Positions 37,366 through 49,600 of a stretch of 64,000 bases of DNA are shown in pieces. Within the stretch, counting starts at the first letter, position 1. The number at the start of each line of letters is the position of its first letter. Both the position numbers and the translations under genes were made by a program. The notes under the pieces were generated by a model. The model made no database searches, was not told the DNA's origin, and worked only from the letters and a program-made list of their open reading frames with translations. The stretch comes from Macrostomum lignano (lineage: Eukaryota): NCBI GenBank assembly GCA_002269645.1, contig NIVC01001165.1, forward strand, positions 379,491-443,490, in the 5' to 3' direction.

Positions 37366-38499
37366 ATGCTCTGCCTAGACGAAGGAACGCCAGTAGTGAT
37401 GGCACTCTGCCTCCTGGGCGCGGTACTCTTCATCGTTGGCGGCAGCTTCTGGGGCAGCGGCGACTACAACGATGATAGGCAGAAAACCGTCAGCGGCATC
37501 GTGATGTTTTCCTTGAGTATTCTGCTCCTGTGTCTGGCTGGTTTCGGCTGCTGGTGCAACAGGTTCTTCTGCACGCCCGACAGGAAGTCCCGGATCGCTT
37601 TGAAGTTGTACGGCGCGCGACCGTCGATGCCGCCAGCGGATGACCTGCCGGAAGACGCTGCCACAACCAATTCAAACAGGGGAGACGGCGGCTCTGTGCT
37701 GGCCGAGTCAGTAACGGAATCCCGAGCAAAGGATCCCGACTGGGAAGAGTACGCTGGCACAAGTTCCTACCGCAGCTTCCGGTCTGGAAGGAATTCAACA
37801 CGTGGCAAGTCCCGAAGAGCCAGCTTCCGACGGGACAAGGTGACGCCCTCAAGTTCGGAGCCCGGCCAGTGGCACAGCAACGGCCGAACACAGCGCCAGA
37901 AGCTGCCAACTCCGCCGGACATGACGCCGCCGCCACTGCCGCCCCACCCGGCAACTGATTACGACATCACAATTGAAAGCAATCACAGAATGGTACCGGT
38001 TGAATTCGCCTTACCTAATCAGCAGTTTATGTACAGCAACAACCACCAAACAGATCAAAGAAGCCATCAGAATATTGTCCGACCGATGACATCGGTGTCA
38101 CCAGAACAGGACATTAGCTCAACCAGACAGCCGATGCCATACACGCAGCAGCAACAACAGCAGAGACTGCTCGAATTCAACGCTAGAAGCGACAGACGAA
38201 ATGTCGAAGAATATCAGCAGCGAAGCTGCGACTCTCCTCAGTACCGACAGACGGAGGACAGCAGTCGATACTTGCAGCAACAACAGCAGCAGCCCAGATA
38301 CATTCAACAGCCTTTGAAAGTGACGCCACACATATCTGTCAACAACTATAGCAGCCGTGCTGGTTCTGGTGACGCAATCAGTCAAGCGAGAGTCATTGAC
38401 AACGATGTGCGCGTAAGTGGCGCCGGAGTCGGCAGATCGACTCATCGACCGGATGGTTCCAACGATAGCCTTCGAATTGGCGGTTCATTGAACACGTAA
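37366..38499 (+). CDS. Intronless 377-aa membrane protein: two N-terminal TM helices and a long disordered tail
   Basis: Long ORF; hydrophobic VVMALCLLGAVLFIVGGSFW and VSGIVMFSLSILLLCLAGFGCWC; Pro- and Gln-rich tail. Confidence 0.8.
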   Translation: MLCLDEGTPVVMALCLLGAVLFIVGGSFWGSGDYNDDRQKTVSGIVMFSLSILLLCLAGFGCWCNRFFCTPDRKSRIALKLYGARPSMPPADDLPEDAATTNSNRGDGGSVLAESVTESRAKDPDWEEYAGTSSYRSFRSGRNSTRGKSRRASFRRDKVTPSSSEPGQWHSNGRTQRQKLPTPPDMTPPPLPPHPATDYDITIESNHRMVPVEFALPNQQFMYSNNHQTDQRSHQNIVRPMTSVSPEQDISSTRQPMPYTQQQQQQRLLEFNARSDRRNVEEYQQRSCDSPQYRQTEDSSRYLQQQQQQPRYIQQPLKVTPHISVNNYSSRAGSGDAISQARVIDNDVRVSGAGVGRSTHRPDGSNDSLRIGGSLNT

Positions 38500-40439
38500 C
38501 AGGACACTTGAAAGGCAACACTTTTTCAAAGTATGTAAATTCATTCACAGTTGAGTAAAACACTTGTTGTTTTATAGACCTATTTACGAGTCGTATTAAC
38601 ATGAAACTGATTTGCTCTACGTTACTTCAGATAGAGTTGATGATCCTGACAGTCACAAACGGGATTCAGTGGTGTGTCCAGTTCAAGAAGACTTCAGACA
38701 AGCGTAACCCCACACTCCGTAGTAGCCTGTAGATAGAAACATACAATTTCGTTCGGGGCATGACTAGATCATTTGCTATAGCAACTGCTACTGGACACAT
38801 CTACCTGTCGTTCTGGTGGCTCAGCAAGACAAGAAGTGCATCCAGGAAGAGTACTAAATTTTAGGCCAATAGAAATACCCAGCTTTTTTAACGTGTCCTT
38901 GTAAAGCTTTACATTTTCCAGAGTGTACAAGTCTTTTTTCAGGTGCGTCCTTGATCGTCTTTGGTGATGGAAAATTATGATCATGTTGCTTGCGCGATAC
39001 TGTAATCCTCTGGTGCGGCGCCAACCATAAAAAAAGTATTTTTCCGAATATTTCGAATTTCTCACCTCCTCCGAAAGTCGTTCGACGTCGTTGTCTGTAC
39101 AATTGTTACCAAAATACCAATCGTTTTATCGACATCGGCGGACGTCGGAATATTAATGTGTCTCTGAAGCTCACTAGCATATATCTATTTGATATGAAAA
39201 ATTGTTTATCTATTTTTTGCGGGACTCTGGCTTCGTCTTTATACTTCGTAGCTTCTCTGTTTATCGCAATACATGACAAATTATTACTACATATCTATAT
39301 GCGTGCCTGTTCACGAAAAATCTATATTAACCAGACAACGCCCTGACCTATTGATTTATTTATTATAATATGACGTTGCTACAATTCTATTGGTTTTATT
39401 CTGGTTAAATTTTATTTAGCTAGCTACAGTTTTGTTGTATCCATACTGCCGGTCAGAACCATTGTTAGCTACGGTTTTATGCTTCCACAGGGCTCAATAA
39501 TACTCAATATATGATTTTTTGAATTCGGGATATCTATCTATTGGTTCGCATTTCTGCCCAGACACCTGAAATAACATGATAACTAATTTCTGTAATGTTT
39601 CCCACAATATGAATCCGCTTTTTTAGAATATGTTTTTATTTCGCTGATACTTTTTATTATTTATCAACTTTATTGACTTTTTGACTTTAGTATAAAGCTG
39701 ATAACGCCCCCGCACAACAAAACTATTTTGTGTAAGCTAGTAAAATACACAACGGTATACCTTCGTGCCTCAAATAGAAATAATTTATTTAAAGTTTTTC
39801 TGAGTTCCATCTTGTTAATTCAAGAGTACAGTAAGCTCTACGAGCATAAAGGTGATCAATTTGAATTGGAAATCTTGGATAAGAGATCTTCGAGTTTATT
39901 AAATATTATAATCATAAATATACGAGTGAGCCTATCTGCAGCCTGTTTGTGTGCATTTAGTATAATAATTATATCATTTACTACTAATACTCGTAATATA
40001 AAGATTACCTAGACTATATTTACCCTCGTGAATCTACCGTAAAACCTATTCCATAATTGAGATTGTCAGATTTACGACCAATTTTAGTTAGTTCAGTTAG
40101 AGGAAAGTTTAGCTGCAGACAGACTGCAGTTGCATTGATTTATAATATTAATTATGGTACGACAGTAAGCACGTCATTATATTGTAAATATTTTTTCGAA
40201 TGTCAATGTCAGGCACAAATAAAGGCAATTTAATGACAATAAAAAATGATAATTGTTTTTGATAGCGATAAAATTCCTCAAGATGCCAATGCAAGAAGAT
40301 AGCAGAGAGGCAAAGTCCGAAAACATGGTGCTAGATAATATAGGGTATGTGCGATGCGTAAACACAGTTACCCGATACAAACTAAACCTACTATCATTTA
40401 AACTGCTGAAATCAGTTCTTGACCTCAATAGCAGAGCCA

Positions 40440-41714
40440 TCACTTGCCCTTGTCAATGAGCACCCTGCCAAACACTGACTTGGCCTTGGTGGCATTCCCT
40501 GGCGACAGGCGGCTGAGCAGCCGCTGGCAGGACTCCAACTGGCCGTTCAGCGCCACGTTCTGGCGCACCTTCTCGGCCATGTCGGCCTTCCAGTCCTCCA
40601 GCTCGGCCTTCATGCACACGTTCTGCGTAACGATCTCCCGTATTCGAGTCGCCTCGTCCTCGTGACGCCGCTCCAGCTTGGCCACGGACTCCTTCAGTCG
40701 GCTGCACTGGCGGCAGTCCCGACAGGTTGCAGCCGAAGCCGGCTCCGCATCGTCAGGTATCTCCTCCGGCTCGCCGTCGACCTCAAAGCTCTCGTCCGCT
40801 GCCCTGGCATCGGCGGCTGCTCGCTCCGCGTCTGAGGGAACCTCACCGCGGAGCAGCGACAGCTCTTCGAAGATCTGCGACGCTGCCGAGTTCAGCAGGT
40901 CGTCAGCGTAAAGACGGCTGTGCAGCCGCTCCACGGCTGACCGAAGCTCCCGAGTCGCCGTTCGCAGCTGCTGATTCTCCAGAGTGAGCTGCGCGCCCAG
41001 CTGCCTGTACTGACTGTTCTCCCGCATCAGTTCCGTCATGCGCGACTGCAGCTCCGCATTCTCGCGCACCAGCTCGCGATCAAAGCCGGCAGATGAGTCG
41101 AGAAAATCGGCAGCGCTGCCGCTCACATTGAAGTCGTCGTCGTCGTCCTCCTCCTCGTCATTGTCGCCTTCCGGTTCATCGGCCGCCTCTTGGTCCTCTT
41201 CATCGTCGTCCAGGCTCACTTTCTCGTCGAACTCGCGATTCTTCATTTTCTCAGCGTGCAGCTGCTGCTCCAGGCAGTGGATGGCGGCCGACTTCTCCGT
41301 GACAGCCTCCTGCAAATTGGAGACCAGCAGCTGCTGCTCCGGTCTGCCAGAAATAGCGCCACTGTTGTGGCTGGAGCTCAGCGAGGCTTTGGCGCTGTGC
41401 CTGGAGCTGCTGGACCGCTGCTGCAGGCGGATGCTTCGAAGCGACAGTTCACGAATTTTCAGCTCCTCGGCCTGGGTGTGCAGCCGCTCCCTCAGCCGGC
41501 TGTTCTCCTCCTCGAGCGAGGCTATCTGAGTGGCCTGCTGCACCGACTGCTCCTTCAGCGTGTCCAACTGCTCAGAGTAGAACTCCTCGTAAGTTGTCGA
41601 GATGTCGCCCAGACTCTCAACCAGGAAGACGCAGAGCTTGGCCATGGATTTGAAGTCGGCCTCGCTGCCGGAGGTCATGACTCGCTCGACCACCGATGTG
41701 GCGACCCAGTCGGC
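40440..41714 (-). CDS. Exon 2 of an uncharacterised coiled-coil protein (about 476 aa in total)
   Basis: ctgacag|GCC GAC TGG in frame with the 417-aa ORF; heptad-like E/Q/L-rich segments and an acidic tract. Confidence 0.8.
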   Translation of the reverse strand, partial: ADWVATSVVERVMTSGSEADFKSMAKLCVFLVESLGDISTTYEEFYSEQLDTLKEQSVQQATQIASLEEENSRLRERLHTQAEELKIRELSLRSIRLQQRSSSSRHSAKASLSSSHNSGAISGRPEQQLLVSNLQEAVTEKSAAIHCLEQQLHAEKMKNREFDEKVSLDDDEEDQEAADEPEGDNDEEEDDDDDFNVSGSAADFLDSSAGFDRELVRENAELQSRMTELMRENSQYRQLGAQLTLENQQLRTATRELRSAVERLHSRLYADDLLNSAASQIFEELSLLRGEVPSDAERAAADARAADESFEVDGEPEEIPDDAEPASAATCRDCRQCSRLKESVAKLERRHEDEATRIREIVTQNVCMKAELEDWKADMAEKVRQNVALNGQLESCQRLLSRLSPGNATKAKSVFGRVLIDKGK

Positions 41715-41744
41715 CTGTCAGTGAGGACTGACCATTTTTCAACA

Positions 41745-42245
<501 letters not shown>

Positions 42246-42341
42246 CTAACCTCCAGAGCTTAGAAGTCGTGAAATATTCGTATTATTATAAATACAACAT
42301 CCTCTTAGAAGTACATGGCATTTCAGTGTCCAGGCACAAAC

Positions 42342-42497
42342 CTGAGAGCCTGGCGGATATTCCTCAACTGAACGACGCAAGTAGCGTTGTAGGTGAACTT
42401 CGATCTCTTCAACTAGGGCTGTTAATTCCTCTGAAACGACCTCGGCAATCTGCTCCTCTTGCTGTGTCTGCTTCTGTTTCTCTGATGAGTTATCCAT
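42342..42497 (-). CDS. Exon 1 of the coiled-coil protein
   Basis: ATG GAT AAC...TCT CAG|gtttgt; 52 codons, phase 0 matching the 41714 acceptor. Confidence 0.65.
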
Positions 42498-43427
42498 CTT
42501 GGCCAAGAGTTTGTTGCTGATTGAAGCAGACGCTGAGCTAGGAAGTCTATTCTGCTTGCAGCTACGAACAATGCGAGGCTTGTAACTAACTATTATAACT
42601 CGCTTGTGGCCGTGGTGAGGAACTGGTCTAGGAATTTCACGGCATCGGGAGGGGTGGGGTAAATAGCTGGCAGCAAGGCTGTACAATAGAAAAATAGGGG
42701 AGAGAAGCGACGGGAAGGTCGGTTGGGTCTTGGAGAGGAGGCCTGAGTCTGAGCTCAGGTAAGGTTGGAAAGAGGAAACAGTCCTAAAGTTTGTACTCAG
42801 GAGCTCAATTGGGCTATAGACTGAGTACATTAAATGCTTTGAATTCCTTTCTTTCTATTAGGCTTTCTAATTTTTTTACACTATGCTCAGTTCTGACAAT
42901 AAAAACAACACGTTGAAGGTCCGTTAAATTAAACCACGTGATGACTTACAAATCTGCGAAATTGTCTCCAAGATTTTGTAAACGGTCTGATTACGAGTTG
43001 CAAAAAGCTTGTATGCAAAAATTAAATGCTGCGACCTGCGGTCACGCGCGCAGAAATTCAATTTTTACTGCGCGCGGAGGCAAAGCCGTGCCTTGTGGGG
43101 ACATCAACTGGTGCAGCACGAGTGCACCGGCACTTAACAGCTCGCCAGTCCAGCTGGGGGTTCGGATGCACCCTGCTCAGGTTTGAAACGAACTCACGCC
43201 ATTGCGACTTTCATTATTGGACGGCATGCCCCCACCCAGTGCGAGCTCTACATAAGCCGGTGCAGCTCACAGCCCACATCGCTTCTGACTTGGCTGCGTC
43301 CACACACTGCGAGACGCATCAGAATTCCATTGTGCAAATCAAAGCAATATAAAGTTTAAAGACATTCAGGCCTTACACTTGCATCTAAAGCCTTGCAGCT
43401 TTTTCAGTTGCGAGTTTCTGCAGCGTT

Positions 43428-44931
43428 AGAATGCATGAGGGGGCTTCTGGGACAATTTTTAACGTCCTCCATAATCCCATTAAATCCATCCATATTATCC
43501 CCGACAGAATCAGAAAAAAGGGGGGCCGCACTTGCTCCGAAAACTTCGAACATAATCCTCCTAAATCCATCCATATTATCCCCGACAGAATCAGAGCATA
43601 GCAGGTGTCCTACATAATCCACTGACATCCACCCTTAGCATCTTCGAAACAATCAGAAAATAATCTGCATTTATCTCCCCACATTCAATTCGCAACGCGA
43701 AACCAGATCCTCAGCGCAGGGTGCTCATCCTCCGAAAAAAAATTAAATTCTCAATAAAAATGCTTCCAGTTGTCTCTCCAGGTTATTATTAAAAAGCGCA
43801 CGAGCCTAATTACAAGAGTAAGTACCGATGCAAACTAGAATGCAGTGAGTACATGAGAAAATATTGGCCCGACCACACAATAAATTTCCCTAATAATAAT
43901 CTAGCTCTCCAAAGCCACTGGTTTCTTAAGTATGGAGTAACCTACGTAAAAGATTACGACAGCTACTATAACTTTGCAGAAATCATTAGGCAATTGTAAT
44001 TTCTTCTCACATTCTCTCAATGATTAACGTCAATACAAACTCTTCACCGTTGAAATCAACACCCACCCCATCTTCAGTCTCAAACTGTAGCACAATCTCG
44101 TGAATCTCCTTATTACTCAATACAACTCTTTTCACTGGATTTGGTTTCTCTACCACCATCTGTCCTCCAGCTACAGAGTTGGAAATGTTGTACAAAATAT
44201 TCGTTCGCTTTCCCTTAAATACCCAATCAAGACTGAGATTACTTCTGATTAGAATATTCAAACCCTTTACAATGTCTGCAATATTGGGTGCTAAGAACAA
44301 ACCGCTTACACTTTCCCGGGCCATGCTAGCGGCCCCCGACGCTTGAGTGGCGGTCCGCGCTGTGGATTCTGCCTTAGAAACTTTCTTCTCGAATCCCAAT
44401 TCCCTATACCAAGTGTCATCTTTAAACTCAACCTCCGCATCTTTGTGAACTTGCATGACCACTCTCATTACAGTGAGATCATAGGCTAGTTTGACAGGGA
44501 ACAGTTCTGGCTGAATCAGATCAGGTGTCTCAAAATGGCCTCTTTTAGTAAAGACGTTTTCTAGAAAGTAATTGTAGGTATCCACACTTTGCGTGCTCAC
44601 AGGGAATACCACAGGTTCTGCTGCCGCACCTTTCCATTTGTAATAAAACTTATTATTTGCTGCTGTCACATTGGGAACGTTTGACCAACCAGTGAAATCG
44701 TTAAGATAGACATGCTAATTAGCACCTGGATCCAGGCGAATCGCCTGCTCTAATTTTTGAACAAATATCCCGTTTGAGTCATTAATTCGCCCAGTTATTG
44801 TAATACGAATGCTCTCCTTGGAGTGAGAAATAATATTGTTTAGTCTTTCAGCAATCGCTTCCATTTTTCACCCATAAATAAATTATTTAAACTTTACTGG
44901 ATGTCCCAGAAGCCCCCTCATGCATTCTACT
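43428..44931. mobile_element. Mini-Polinton/Maverick (non-autonomous, 1,504 bp)
   Basis: Perfect 27-bp TIR AGAATGCATGAGGGGGCTTCTGGGACA (43428-43454 and 44902-44928); right end extends ACT (5'-AGT); 6-bp TSD AGCGTT (43422-43427 and 44932-44937); empty site readable in the paralog at about 52988. Confidence 0.85.
44007..44864 (-). pseudogene. Polinton/adintovirus-type minor capsid (penton)-like gene with one premature stop
   Basis: ATG at 44864 is in frame with the 220-aa ORF; TAG at 44715-44717. Motifs AIRLDPGAN*HVYLNDFTGWSNVPNVTAANNKFYY, NILYNISNSVAGGQMVVEKPNP and TEDGVGVDFNGEEFVLTLII follow the Polinton penton pattern (recognised by eye). Confidence 0.75.
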
Positions 44932-46206
44932 AGCGTTGGCTCTGCTGTTTTGCTCGCTGGCAGCCGGCCAGGTCTCCCAGTGCGCTCCCGCTGACTCTCC
45001 GCGGCTCCGCTTCGTGGCGCAGCTCAGCGTGAACGGCTGCGCGCTGTTCGTGCACGACACGGGAGCGAGCGACGGTCCGCACTTGGCAGTCGAGCCGCTC
45101 ATGTGCGTGACGGACAGCGTTCCGATATTGATGAAGGATGCTGGGATGCTTGCAGAGGCTCAGCGTCAACTGCGGCATCTGTCACCGAGGTCTGTGAACT
45201 TCGTCACGGTGGCAACGTTTAAAAGTTGACAAATGTGACTTTTAATGTGTCACATCTGTTGCACGTCTTATCAGGGACGATGTCTCTTCTGAAAGACATG
45301 GCATTTCTGGCTCAATCGTCAACCAAACAGTATTCGCGTACCAAAATTTCGAGATTTTGGATGCATTCGAAATACTTTTTTGTTATTTTAAATGCGTGCT
45401 CATTTGTATTTTTGTTCTTTTCATTCCTTCGTAGCCCTGTGCCGTTTAAACAAGTAATTGACGACTTCCAGGACTGCTGTGCTGGCGGAGCCCGCTGACC
45501 TGTGGCGACACGTGCAGTGGCGGGTGACGTCGCTGGTTGCTAAGCAGTGCCTCTCCAAGTCCAGCCAAATCACTTCATCATGGAGAATGAAACCACCTGG
45601 AAGAGCAGACAGCTGCTTCAGTCTGCAGTCCTGCGCCAGGCTGCAATGCGCCTCTGCTCAACGCACAGCGAACTCTTCCAGTGCGGTTCAACTGCAGCCA
45701 GATGGTCGCTGCTTCGTGAAGTTTCAGCAGCGACTTACTGGCAGTGTGAGTTTCCAACGAAACTGGACTGAGTACGAGACTGGCTTCGGTGACGGCACTG
45801 ACTTCTGGATCGGTGAGTGGCTTGTCAATTGGTGTGCGTCAGGAACCGAAGCAGGTCTTATCAACTGCCATAAGTGTCATTAAGGCCGTACAATTAATAA
45901 CGTTCGTTGGTTGGTGGCTCTGTAAATTAATAGCTAAACTTTTTCTTACATCTTTTCCAGCTTTTCGAAACTTGTATGCCTTCATCTTAAAAATCTGTAT
46001 TTATATTTTATATGTGTAACTATTCCTCTGTAGGCTTTGCGCTGAATTGGATGTCATGATACAACCAAGTAATTATTCGTTCGACGCTCGTATCCAACAA
46101 ACAACAGCAACAACAACAAAGTACGCAGCCCAGCATGCAAGTCACAGTTAGAGCAGGACATGTCAGATGGCGCGTCCCAGATCTTAAGAGCAGACGAAGT
46201 TCGCCC

Positions 46207-46495
46207 TGTTGGCAGTGTCGGGCTCCCAGCGTCGCATAGTATACATTAAATTATTAAGCTGAATAAATGAAAGTTTATTGAAATAAAGTCATGACAGAAC
46301 TTTATTGTGGCACAAAAGCACGAAAAACATTACAGGCTAGAAACCTGCCTTATATTGAAACTATTTGTTATCGATTGACTGACCCACCGCAACCCCCAAC
46401 CCGCGCTAGCAAAGTACATGCAGCGAGAGAGAGAGTCACCAAAACAACCTAACCCAACCCCCGCCCCCGGCGCGCACGCAGGCCAAGCTACCACA
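46207..46495 (-). mobile_element. Probable 3' LTR of the Gypsy element (about 289 bp)
   Basis: On the minus strand a purine tract GGAGGGA is followed by TGTGGTAG and the segment ends ...CTGCCAACA; contains AATAAA. The distal boundary is uncertain because no second LTR is available. Confidence 0.55.
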
Positions 46496-46637
46496 TCCCT
46501 CCATGCCAAGACAAAAGCAACAGAACTTGCAACAAAAAAAGAAAAACCCTCCACCAAAGAAAACAATCAGTCACTGTCAGATAAGTTCACTCGTAGGTCA
46601 GTCGCCCTTGTGGTCCTCTCTGAACGCCGCAGCATCT

Positions 46638-46669
<32 letters not shown>

Positions 46670-49600
46670 GGCGGCTGCGGCGGCGGCGGCGCTTCAGACG
46701 TTGTCACCGACGGAGACAGCTGCCGTGGCCCCGCCCCGCCTGACTGGCCCAATCCTGCCGCTTGCTCAGGTGGGATGATCGCCGGCAATAGGTGGTCGGC
46801 ATGCCGCCGCACGATACGCTCGTCGGGCAGGCGGCACTCGTAGGACAGCGGCCCGGTCCGCCGGCTCACGGAGGCCGGCGCCCACTTCTTCGGACCATTG
46901 AAGTGGCACCAGGACACCGTCGCCTTCTTCGAAGTTGCGATCCCTGGCTCGCAGGTCGTGGTACTCCTTTTGCGAGTCCTGACTGCGCCTGACTGTAGCA
47001 GAGACATCGGGCCGCACGATGTTTAGAAGCGTCCGCAGCTGCCTGCCCATCATCAGCTGGCAGGGTGGAGCACTGGTTGTGCTGTGCGGAGTGACCCGGT
47101 AGGTCAGCAGGAACCGAGCTAGCCGAAACTGCAGGGACGCGGGCCGCCCCTTCGCCAGGGCCGCCTTCACCGTCTGGACCGCTCGCTCGGCCAATCCGTT
47201 GGACGATGGATGATATGGAGCCACTTTGATGTGCCGGATGCCGCTACTGGCCAAGAAGTTGCTCATCTCTTGGCTCACGAAATTCGGACCGTTGTCGCTC
47301 ACTACGACCGCTGGCAATCTCAGCTGACTGAAAGTCCTTCTCAGCCGATCGATTGTGGCAGCACTGGTGGCGGACTGGCAAATGTGGACTTCAATCCATT
47401 TCGAATGAGCGTCCACCAATACTAACAGCATTTTTCCCTCGACTGGTCCAGCGTAGTCCAGGTGGATCCGGGACCACGGTTTGTCCGGACACGGCCACGG
47501 CTGCAGGAGGGTTGGCAGCGGGCAGTTCTGATGACGCTGGCACTCGCCACAGTTCTGTGACAGCTGCTCGATGTCCCGGTCGAATCCGGGCCACCAGAAA
47601 TATCCTCGGGCCAGGGACTTCATCCTTGAAGCTCCTTGGTGGCTCTGATGTAGATAGTCGAGCAGCGCTTGTCGTCCCTGAACCGGCACAATCACACGGT
47701 TGCCCCACAGCAGGCAGCCGTCCTCCAGGCTCAGTTCTGCCGCCCTGACCGCATACGGCTGCAGTTCCGCATCCAGCCGAGCACGAACCGCAGCACTCGA
47801 CTTGTCCAGCCGCGAACCTGAGCAGGCGTCACGGGTCCCTAATTGAACGCATCGATGAGCAGCACTACCTCAGCCGGTGAGAGCGTCTCCACTGTCTTCG
47901 TCGGCAGCGGCAGCCGACTCAGCGCGTCAGCCCGCAGCAGCGAAGTTCCCTTGCGATACTGCAGTCGATACGAGTAGTTCGAAAGCAGCAGAGCCCAGCA
48001 TTGGATCCTCGCTGAAGCCAGTGGTGGCATGGCTTTGCTCTCGTATAGCAGGCCCAGTAGCGGCTTGTGGTCGCTCTTGAGCTCGAAGGTTTTGCCATAG
48101 AGGTAGGCGTGGAAGTGCTTGATCCCAAAAATGATCGCCAGGGCTTCCTTCTCTGTCTGCGAATAGTTCCGATTCTCTCGGCGAGCGATCGGAACGCAAA
48201 GGCAATCGGCCTTTCAAGGCCATCAATCCGGTGGCAGATAACGGCCCCGACCCCGCATGGCGAACTATCGCACTCCAGAATCACCTCCTTTTTGACGTCG
48301 AAATGGACAAGCGCCAGCAAGCTCAGTATCAGCTCCTTGCTGCGCCGGAAAGCATCGGACTGTGCTTCGCCCCATCGCCAGACAGTTCCTTTCTCGAGAA
48401 GCCGGTGCAGAGGAGCCAGAACGCTGGACAGGTTCGGCAGAAATCGGCCGTAATAGTTGAGGAGGCCCAAGAAACTCCTCAACTGCGTGACGTCCTTTGG
48501 CATCGGCGCGTCAACGATCGCGTTGACTTTGTCACTCATCGGATGCAGGCCCTGGACGTCAATCCGATGCCCCAAATAGGTCACCGAATTCTCCATGAAG
48601 CGGCACTTGTCAAGCCGGCACTTCAGCCCAGCATCCTTCAGGCGCTGCAGGACGATCTCCAGATTCTCGAGGTGCTCAGCATCATCGGCGCCGGTCACCA
48701 GCACGTCATCAATGAAGGTTGCCGTATGCTTTGCGCCTTGCAGCAGGCCGTCCATGGTCCTCTGGAAGATTCCAACTGCTGGTGAGATTCCAAACAGTAG
48801 TCTCGTATACCTCAGCAAACCCTTCGAGGTGTTGATGGTTCACAGGCGCTGGGACTCTTCATCGAGCGGAAGCTGCATGTATGCCTGGCTGAGGTCCAGC
48901 TTGGTGAACTTTTGGCCGCCGGTGAGCTTGGCGAACAACTCCTCAATCCTTGGCAGCGGGTAGAAGTCCATCTCCACATCCTGGTTTACCGTGCACTTGA
49001 AATCTGCGCAGATTCTGATGGAGCCGTCCGACTTCAGCACCGGCACGATTGGGGACGCATACTCCGAATCGGAGACCGGCCGCAGGATGCCCTGCTGAAT
49101 CTCCCGCTCGAGCTGCTCTTCCACCTTGGACTTCAAAGCGAAGGGCACCTGCCGCGCCTTTATGAACTTGTGTCGCGCCCCAGGCTTCACTCGCAGTTTC
49201 AGAGGTTCACCCGTGTAGCAGCCGAGGCCACTCGAGAAAACGGGGCTGAACCTCTCTAGTAACTTCTGCACTTGCTGATCCTTTGGAGCCGACGCTTCGG
49301 GCAGCTGCTTGACGCTCCCCCAATTTAACGGCAGCGCAGCCAGCCAGTTCCTACCGATGAGGCTGGAACTGGATCCAGATACCACTAGAAGAGGAAGAAG
49401 CTGCGCTGCTTGGCTTTACCTGGAATCTCTGCAGACACGCTGATCTGACCAATCCCGCTGACTGGCTGTCCGCAGTAGTTCCGCAGCCGAATCGGGGTCC
49501 GCTCGAGCTCAGGAGCCCCGCCCAGCAGGTCGTGATAGGCTCTAGCCGATATCAGCGATACAGCCGCGCCCGTATCGATCTCCATCTGGCAGGACACTCC

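Larger units (their letters stand above)
43393..45812 (+). pseudogene. Disrupted paralog of the fibrinogen-related gene at 52959-57978
   Basis: Near-identical to the exon 1 start and exon 2 (45472-45812) of the intact copy. Start codon is TTG; there is a 1.5-kb insertion, a 54-nt deletion, loss of most of exon 1, and no exon 3 nearby. Confidence 0.88.
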
